From NCBI GenBank assembly GCA_963833425.1, contig CAWHXP010000020.1, forward strand, positions 63,388-127,387: a DNA stretch of 64,000 nucleotides, given 5' to 3'. A program made the position numbers and the translations under genes. The DNA is from an uncultured Methanosarcinaceae archaeon. Lineage in GTDB: Archaea; Halobacteriota; Methanosarcinia; Methanosarcinales; Methanosarcinaceae. Numbering within the stretch: the first letter of the stretch is position 1; every line of letters begins with the position of its first letter. The notes beneath the pieces are model-generated. The model made no database searches and had not been told where the DNA came from. It worked only from the letters and a program-made list of their open reading frames with translations. This document shows, one piece after another, positions 55,667 to 64,000 of this stretch.

Positions 55667-56037
55667 ACAGGTTCACTGCTTTGGTTTGATATAAATTAAT
55701 TCATTTTAGAAAAATAAACGTAGATCTAAGTATTTTTGATTGGTAATAAGGATTTTATGGAAGTGGATTTGGATAGCCAAAAGGAAAAAACCGGAAAAAG
55801 AAAGGTCATATTCAATAGAAAATTATAGAATAATGATAATATAAAGTTAACGAAGAATGTTTGCAGAAACCCTATGATTTGCAAAATTTAAATCGAAAAG
55901 CCGATGCTTGTATCTACTGAGCTAAAGACTCACGGGTTTTACGCTTCTTTATATAAATTAGTAGGAAAGAGCAATGTGCTCATCGAAAAAAATTGTTTTC
56001 CTACAAAGTACACCCAAATAAATCAAGGTTTAGTGGT

Positions 56038-56400
56038 TTAATAATAATATGGGGGTGTTGGGGGTGTGCCTGGAGACGGTGGTGATCCTGGTGAGCCCGG
56101 TGAGCTTGGGGATGCCGGTGAGCTTGGAGACAGTGGTGATCCTGGTGAGCCCGGTGAGCTTGGGGATGCCGGTGAGCTTGGAGACAGTGGTGATCCTGGA
56201 GATCCCGGTGAGCTTGGAGACAGTGGTGATCCTGGAGATCCTGGATATGGGTATGCCCCCATAGCTGGAGATATGCCTGCATCTGAGGATAGTGGTGTAA
56301 TAGTTGCATACACAGTTGTAGTGATCACTGACGTTACAAAAAAGAATAATAACAACAAAATTAGTATCTTTCCAATACTAGCAAATTTTTGTTTATCCAT
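56038..56400 (-). CDS. secreted Ser/Pro/Gly-rich repeat protein
   Basis: MDKQ...KIL signal; SPx triplet repeats; GAGG RBS. Confidence 0.8.
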   Translation of the reverse strand: MDKQKFASIGKILILLLLFFFVTSVITTTVYATITPLSSDAGISPAMGAYPYPGSPGSPLSPSSPGSPGSPLSPSSPASPSSPGSPGSPLSPSSPASPSSPGSPGSPPSPGTPPTPPYYY

Positions 56401-57063
56401 TTATTTTTCCTCTTGGTTATATAATTTAGAATGAACGTTATGTTAATTTGCAGTTATCTTCATCTATTTGTGCCTTTTATTCAACGAATTTTATTTTGTT
56501 TATTTTTTAAAACTTAGGTAGTTGACGAATGGAATAAAGTACATGCAACCTCTTCATTTTAATTGTGATTCAAACGATTAAGTGCTTAGTGATTCTTTTT
56601 TTCAGTTTAACTGCGTAGATTCTAATTTTGTTACACCTCAGTGCAATTTAACTGTTTTAATATTGTGTTTAATACACCCAAAAGCAAGATTAAATTGGAA
56701 TTTTCATCTAAAATGATATCAACTACCTATATAATAGAATAATGTTTTTCTTATATAAGACATTTTGCTTTTTTTTATACACTTTGTTTGTAGTCATCGC
56801 ATGAATTAAATGCACTTTTTAACCATATAGGTATAGGACAAACTTTTGAGCGTTTCTAGCTTCCTTTATATTCTATATCGAATGAGAAAACGAAAACCCT
56901 TATCCAACTCTTAACCACATAAAAACTATAGTAGCACGAAAATTTTGGAACTATGATTTATTTTTTCCTTATTTTCTGTGATGTTCTTCTGATTTTTATA
57001 GATGTTTTCGGAACTGAAGAGATTTGCAAACACTGCATGAAAGGATAAATTAATATATATCTG

Positions 57064-58032
57064 ATGGTTTTTTGCATTAAGTTTTTACTGCTTCATAGCC
57101 GGGTTCCGTATAATTCCATGATAGGGGTATCAGATTTGTTACAGAAGTTCCGAAAAATCCAGCGGGTCCTTGTCTATGTATTAATTATAAATATTGTAAT
57201 ATCACTTGCAAAAATTATTTATGGGACTCTTACAGGTGCTTTAAGTATGGTTGCAGATGGCTATCATTCTCTTTTCGATGGCGTCTCTAACATTATAGGC
57301 TTGGTTGGAAGTTTTATGGCATCCCGCCCACCGGATAAAGATCATCCTTATGGGCATCAGAAATATGAGACCATAGCTTCTTTTTTTATCGCATTACTGC
57401 TGATCTTTGTGGGAGTTGAAATTTTCAAAAACGCTTTCAATAGTTTCCTTATCCCAAACAAGCCCGAGGTTACAATTGTAAGTTTTCTCGTAGTAATTGG
57501 GACAATGGGTGTTGCATATTTGACCATGAAATATGAGCATAGACAGGGGCAATATCTCAGAAGCCAGGTGCTTATAGCGGATTCTATGCATCTGAAGAGT
57601 GATATTTACATCTCTTTTTCGGTTATAGTGAGCCTTGTTGCCATGAAGTTAGGTCTTTCCATAATTGACCCTATAGTTGCTTTAATTATCTCTTTTATAA
57701 TTTTCAAGACGGGATACAGAATTATAAAAGAGACATCTAGATCCCTTTTAGATATGTCCAGAATTGAAGAAAAGGAAATATGTGAATTGGTAATGAAAAT
57801 TGATAAAGTAAAAGGCTGTCATAAAATTCGGACACGTGGAAGTATGGGGGATATCAAGGTCGATATGCATCTGCTTGTTCAATCTGGCATGTCTCTTGAA
57901 GATGCCCATATTCTCTCTCACAAGGTTAGCAAAAAGCTGAGGGAAGAATATAGAGATATTTCTGATGTTGTTGTACATCTTGAACCCACCTTACAACAAC
58001 ATCAAGAATCAAATAGCAAAAAAACCAGTTAA
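57064..58032 (+). CDS. cation diffusion facilitator (FieF-like); true start probably ~57118-57136
   Basis: ADGYHSLFD, HPYGHQKYE, ADSMHLKSD, VVVHLEP. Confidence 0.92.
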   Translation: MVFCIKFLLLHSRVPYNSMIGVSDLLQKFRKIQRVLVYVLIINIVISLAKIIYGTLTGALSMVADGYHSLFDGVSNIIGLVGSFMASRPPDKDHPYGHQKYETIASFFIALLLIFVGVEIFKNAFNSFLIPNKPEVTIVSFLVVIGTMGVAYLTMKYEHRQGQYLRSQVLIADSMHLKSDIYISFSVIVSLVAMKLGLSIIDPIVALIISFIIFKTGYRIIKETSRSLLDMSRIEEKEICELVMKIDKVKGCHKIRTRGSMGDIKVDMHLLVQSGMSLEDAHILSHKVSKKLREEYRDISDVVVHLEPTLQQHQESNSKKTS

Positions 58033-58119
58033 GATGTATGGAAGGAAATGTTTTCAGGTGTGTATTTTGGATTACTACACTGGTTAATCTCACTGTCTTA
58101 CCACAATTATTGAGATTTA

Positions 58120-58335
58120 GGGGTGTAGAAGGTTAATCCAAGAAATAAATCTCAAATATGCTCAGGTTGCGGTTAAATTGTTAAAAAAATTATTGGAAAG
58201 AACACATAGTTGTCCTTTCTGTAGTCTTGTTCTTAATCGAGATCATAATGTTTCTACTAACATTTTCAGATTGGGATTACAATTTGTTCGTAAAATTGAT
58301 AGATATCTCTCACTTTCGTGAGGGAAGTAGTCGCA
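58120..58335 (+). pseudogene. tnpB: IS200/IS605 tnpB 3' remnant with right end
   Basis: VNPRNKSQICSGCG*...ERTHSCPFCSLVLNRDHN. Confidence 0.75.
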
Positions 58336-58668
58336 GTTACGGTGATATGAATAAGTTATTATGTTATATTGTATAAAGAAGTTAGAGAATGTTTAAGATG
58401 AATGATACTCCACGGCAGTCATTAATTGGTTGTTGGGGTAAGTTGCTAAAAATGGCAAGCAGAAGAATTCATCCTCATTTTATCAAAACAAAATGGATTT
58501 GTTCGCTTTCTCAGATTTTATTAATGAATTGTCATCAAGATTTTTTTAAATATTTGATGCTTATAGAGTATTGAACTGAACCTCAATTTTTGGCTGATTA
58601 TTCATAAAGTGCATATCAGTAATTTGTTGAAATCGAAGGCTATTGAAATTATCTATGATTGAATATAA

Positions 58669-60131
58669 GTGAATATAAGTGATAAAAATGGACGGAAAGT
58701 CCAGGATTACATAAGGCAAAATAAAAAGAAGATAGAAATTTCCGTTGTAATTCTGATTTTTTTGATTGCACTGGGTATAGCCGTCCTTTCAAGAATACAC
58801 ATAAATCCTCCCATTGTACCATCAAATAAAACGGTCTATGTAGCTGGGGATGGAAGTGGAGATTTCAACTGCAATGGGACTAATGACCAAATTGGAATAA
58901 ATCAAGCTCTTGTATATGTTGCAGAAAATCCACAGTTTACCACCGTCTATTTGAGGGGTCCTAATACATACGTCATCTCCAATAGCATTTTTATTGGAAA
59001 CAATACAGTCCTGCAAGGCGATCCTAAAGCCGTGATTAAACTTGAAAACGGAGCGAATTGGCCAGCTGGTAAGCCAATGATAACGGGAATGAACAGTTCT
59101 GGAATCCATGGAGTCACTATAAAAGGATTTGAAATTTACGGAAATCATGACAATAATGAGGACAAAAAAAATGGGGAAGGATATTACAATATGATCCGCT
59201 TCAGTTCTCTAAAGACGTACAGGTTCATGATATGTACATGCATGATGGGCATGGAGACGGATTGAGAATCAGGAATAGTTCCAATATTCAATTTTATAAT
59301 AATAAAGTGTATAAATTAGGGCATGATGGTCTTTATGCAATTGAGTGCGAAAATGTTTCAGCTTGGAACAATCGCATAACCTGTAGGACTGATAGTGGTC
59401 TTAGAGTACGGGATTCAAACCACATAAAATTTCATGATAATATAATTGACTCCTTTTATAACTGGAGTGCGGGTAGCTCGGGAATACAAATAGAGAAGTC
59501 AAAAAACAAAGTTAACGATGTAGATGTATATAACAATACTATCCATGACGCTTCTCCAACAGGAATCTGGCTGATAGGTTATGGGAAACCTTATTTTAAG
59601 GAAGATGCTAAAAATATACATATTTATAATAATACTTTTTATATTAGTGGTGATAACCCAAGTATTGACTGGGTAGGGGGTATAGTGACAAGTGGATTTT
59701 ATGATTCCCTCATTGAGAATAATGTGTTTGATGGTGTATATCATGCTGGGATTATTCATATGTACCCTAAAAGTGTAGATGATAACATAGATCTTCACCT
59801 AAAGGAGTGGGGTATACAACAATTGTCCGCAATAATATTATCGTAAATACCCAGAAACGAAAAAAAGACTCACGATGGAACAGGGTACGGGGTAATCAAT
59901 TATCTGCCTGAAACACATACCTTTGTGCTGGAAAATAACTTACTTTACAATAATATGGCTGGATGTTATAAAAACACCAATTCGAAGACTGATATATACA
60001 TGGATCCCTTATTTGTAGATCGGAAAAATCATGATTATCGTTTGATATCTAATGTGCAAAGGGATCAAAAAACTGCAATAAGAGAGTTTTTAAGATATGA
60101 AATACAAAAAATAAGAACAATTCTTACATAG
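58669..60131 (+). CDS. membrane-anchored right-handed beta-helix protein (disaggregatase-like), frameshifted
   Basis: VYVAGDGSGDFNC...QINQAL, MHDGHGDGLR, YKLGHDG, DPLFVD; spread over three or more ORFs. Confidence 0.8.
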
Positions 60132-61085
60132 TTTGAACCAAAGTGGAGTAGTGAACTACCTTTTTCTATGGGGTTGATACCCTTCGAGGAAGGGATTATT
60201 TTGTACTTTATTATTAAAAGAATTTAATATTAGTTTGGAAGGTAATTTTTCTTTCCGCCTTTTGTTTGTTACCTTCTTTTCCTAATTCTAAAAAACTATC
60301 TCAGTCCCACTTTTAATGATAACAATTTTTAGAGATTTTTGCAGCTTTTAATTAGTTTTATTATTTAATTGCTTTTATTTTTAGGCATTCCGTCACCAAA
60401 TTAATCCCACATACATACTATTGAAGCTTTCATGCTAAGGTCAAGTATCCATATATCTCTAAACTTCCGGAGAATTTATGTTTCTGAAGATTTCGAACTG
60501 CTCATAGTACTGAACACCTTAAACCAATCCTTTGAATATCTCTTCCATCGTCTTCACCTCCATTCACAAAAACTACCCTAGTACTTATTAATTTCAGCCT
60601 AGCGAAGTGAAAGTATTTTTGTCTAGTCTAAAGAGAATGGTTTTGATTCTATAGAGTCCATTAGGCTAGAAATATTTCGAAAAAATTCTAAAAAGAATAA
60701 GTTGAGCCAGTGTATAAAACGTTCTGTCAAATAAATTCCCGGTACTTTTTATTTTTCAGAGAATTCCGATTTACCCCCTGATTTTCATTTCGCGGGAATT
60801 CTGTCCCAAAATTTCTTGCCGATTTCTATATTTGATCTTCTTTTTCCTTCTTTTGTAACTGTACAATCACCTAAAATCATTTGGAGGATATCTGTTTCGA
60901 TGCATTAGATACCTTTGATTATAAATTAATTGGATAATAAAAAATGATCAATATCCAAAAATTATATAGATTAGCTCCACCAAAATTTGTGCATTTAATG
61001 GCAATAAAGATGGTTATTGATATTGTTTCCCCAAGGCTAAATAGCTACATCAGATATTTTGATTTAATTTTGAATCAAATATTTT

Positions 61086-62157
61086 TTATTTTTTCAAGTA
61101 TATTTCGCCAATTTTATCGACTATTCATTTTTTCCAGTTATTAGTCCTTTTTTTTTCCTGAATTCTTTTGTTTTTTTACCTTTTCCATTCCTTGCAGCAC
61201 TTTGATAATTTTTTCTTTTGTTAAGCCCACTCTATTCCAATACAATTTATTCCATCCACAAATTCCTCAAGTGCCCTCCCTTTTACAACCACACAGAGAG
61301 TACCTGAAGCCAGTGCTTCAGCAACCGTTATCCGTATGCCTCATAGGAAGAAAGCATCAAAAATACATCCGCATCAGCATAACATTCGAGAAGCTCTCTC
61401 CTTGAGATATCTTTAGCCATTCTATTCTTTCAGCTACTCCAATCATTTCTGCTATACTATGAAGTTCATCTTCATAAGGTCCTTTACCCACAATTCTTAA
61501 TCGAAAATCTTGGAGTTCAGGTAAACTTTGGATAATATATTGTACCCCTTTATATTCTTCCAGGCGACCAACGTAGAGAAGCATCTTTTCTTTGTTTTCA
61601 TTTTTTTGACGTTTCAGATTTTCAAATTCTGAGAGATTAAGACCATTTGGGATCGTTATAGTTTTTTCTTTGACATTAAAATCAGACTCTACAAGTTCTT
61701 TTTCGTATTCTGATACACATATAATAGCATCTGCACGAGAAAATATCATTTTTCCAAATAGTTTGTAGGGCTTATGGAGCAGAGTTCTTAATGGGGTGTG
61801 TCCCTCACGATGATAATGAGGGGAGAATATAAATCGTTTATTACGCTCACTTAGAGCGGCGAAAAAAGCAGGAAGCGCATGATAACTGTGCACATGAATA
61901 ACATCGTAGCTACGGTTCATCAGATAAATACATATTTGTGGGGCAAAGTAATATGCTTCTCCAGGGGCAAATGATTTGAATCTTGTAACCTTCACTCCAT
62001 TTATTATATCTTTTTTTCTGAGTTTTCCACTGGGATCCGTAGTTATTACTTCTACATCATGGTTATCTAAAACTAGTCTTTCGCTAATTTCTTTGACATT
62101 GGTTTCAACTCCTCCAATATATGGAAAATATCTCGGGCAAACCTGTGCAATATTCAA
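61086..62157 (-). CDS. glycosyltransferase family 4 (C-terminal frameshifts; end approximate)
   Basis: PYIGGVE, IPNG, YVGRLEEYKG, then EAYG-TVAEALASG in shifted frames. Confidence 0.8.
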
Positions 62158-62319
62158 TAAAAAACCTCTCTTAGCCTGTAAACTTCACAGAAAAGGAACA
62201 TGATCACTAGTTGCATAGCTACTGAAATTAGCTTCAGAATAAACTGCTCGTTTTAGAATGATTATTATAGCATCTTTTGATGTTCTACCATTTGATTGTT
62301 TATTGTAGATTTATTATAT

Positions 62320-62480
62320 CGTTTTCATGCATAATAAGTATTCTTTGGTTTTTGATCAATTGATTTAACCCCGTCATTAAACTCCAAGTTCCATATGATT
62401 GCATTTGTCGGTATTTTTGTAGACTGCACGAAAAATGGAGCATAGCAGCCGATTGCATTGCTACTGAAATTAGGGGTCTA
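62320..62480 (-). pseudogene. degenerate PKD-domain remnant
   Basis: NFSSNAIGCYAPFFVQST...WNLEFNDGVKSIDQKPKNTY resembles the PKD consensus. Confidence 0.4.
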
Positions 62481-62957
62481 GAAGACTAAGCCCTATTATT
62501 TCATGATGGAATACAACCATCAACTTCTATATCATTCTGTTTTCTTAATCAATGAGTTTAACTTTGTATTTATCAACTATTTTTCTTCCAGCATGTGCAT
62601 ACACGTTTGGTTGTATTTTTCGATCGGCTATCTCTTTCCATATATTTGCATCTAGCAAATGATAACAATCTGAACTCATAGTATATTTTAGATATCACAA
62701 ACTATTTTTCATCTTAGAATTAACTTCGCTTAAATACACTAGTTTTCTAAGCCTATCTGCATGAATAGAATCAAAAACTACACCAATAGAAAATGATATG
62801 CTAAGAGAAAATATATTATTTAGACAGTTAAAGGTTTAATGTTATTGATTCCTGAATTCAACAGCATAAATCATTACTGTAAAGGAGATAAATGATATTT
62901 TGATATCAACTAATCAATGATGGACCACTAGATCGATTATTAAAAGGATAACCCTGC

Positions 62958-63692
62958 TCATTCCTCAAGTGTAAAGTACATTCTACGATTGTTTTTTCCT
63001 TTATTTTGAAGCTTGGCGATCTTCATTCCTCTTAGTTAATTTGTATATTTAACGTGTGTTCCCCCGCAGGCTTCGATTGTCACTCCTTCGATCTCTACCA
63101 TACGGATTTCTTGAATTCCATCTGAAAAACCTTTCGCCAATGTGGTTAACCTTAAGAGCTTTCTTCAGCCTCTTTGCGGCTTACCAAGTAGAAATTAATA
63201 GAATTATTTTGGGCTATTATGTCATTGGCAATCTTCTCATACTCAATAAATTTATCTCTATCAAATGCTTCAAGGCTGAATCTTACCTGCCATAAATAAT
63301 ACCAAGCTGATTTCCGGTTATCTGAGCTCCTGCTTCTTTTTCAATTACATTTGCGATCACATGAGTTGCAGTATGCATCCGCATATGCATGTAGCGGCGA
63401 TCCCAATCAATTATTCCTTTTACATTATCCCCAGCTTTCAGGCCCATAACATTTATTATCAGAAGAAACAATTTCATGACTGATGTATCCATCGAATTTA
63501 CCTACATATAAGACTTCAAATTCAGCACTGTCAGAGTCTCTGATTAATCTGCCAGTGTCGCTGGGCTGAACACCACTTTCGGGATAAAAAAGCTGTACGG
63601 TCAAGAACTACGAATTTGTCATCTGTTATTTTTGTGACAGTTGCTTCAAATTCTTTTATGTAGCAGTTAAGGAAGTAAAGTGCTTCTGTCAT
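62958..63692 (-). CDS. alaXM: alanyl-tRNA editing protein AlaX-M (multiple frameshifts)
   Basis: MTEALYF...VLDRTAF, HMRMHTATH (HxxxH), ACGGTHV (CxxxH), ending NKGKNNRRMYFTLEE*. Confidence 0.85.
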
Positions 63693-64000
63693 TGGTAATC
63701 CTCTGTTCATAGAATTAATTTTGAAGGGGGGATTAAAACTGTAGAAATACCTATGAGATATAATTCTCGCCCTTATACAATCGAAAATTTTTGAGTTTTT
63801 TATCGCTTCTAGTTTTGAATCATATTGACCAATATATTCAAAGAAGCTTTCTATTTGTTCCAAATTTCGGCAGTCTACCAAAAGCGCTGTAGAATACGAT
63901 TGATTCTGTATCCTTTACTTTTACTACAAAAAACAGGATGTTAAATCAATGGTTATGCCTATAAATTTTGTGTCTTTCTCATTTGTACTTATGCAGATGT

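Noticed and set aside
56066..56434. Collagen-like G-x-y ORF on the + strand
   Set aside because: Antisense of the Ser/Pro-rich gene that has the family leader and RBS.

Overview
AT-rich archaeal DNA, most likely Methanosarcina. The inference rests on a MEDS/PAS histidine kinase, HdrC, a DUF2124 protein, a YVTN protein and a disaggregatase-like beta-helix protein. The flanks hold housekeeping or metabolic genes: a tRNA thiolase, phosphoribosyltransferases, a ferredoxin, hsp20, cbiMN, feoB with a DtxR regulator, lemA-htpX, hdrC, a CDF transporter, a GT4 glycosyltransferase and alaX. The centre (~25-53 kb) looks like an accessory island. It carries two divergent orc1/cdc6 genes around an origin-like inverted G-string pair, a candidate one-protein partition module with a phased repeat array, two toxin-antitoxin pairs, a primase remnant and many small secreted low-complexity proteins, including an Asn-Gly repeat operon. 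The strongest unexplained signal is a 31-bp imperfect palindrome (12+7+12, ATGCAtAGTTTt-TGnnnnn-AAAyCTATGCAT) present in about 13 copies. It separates one- or two-gene modules, and the window contains what looks like an empty and a filled version of the same locus. This suggests a site-specific gene-cassette shuffling system, with the recombinase encoded elsewhere. Many genes are frameshifted, so some pseudogene calls may be assembly errors. I saw no tRNA, rRNA, CRISPR array or integrase.
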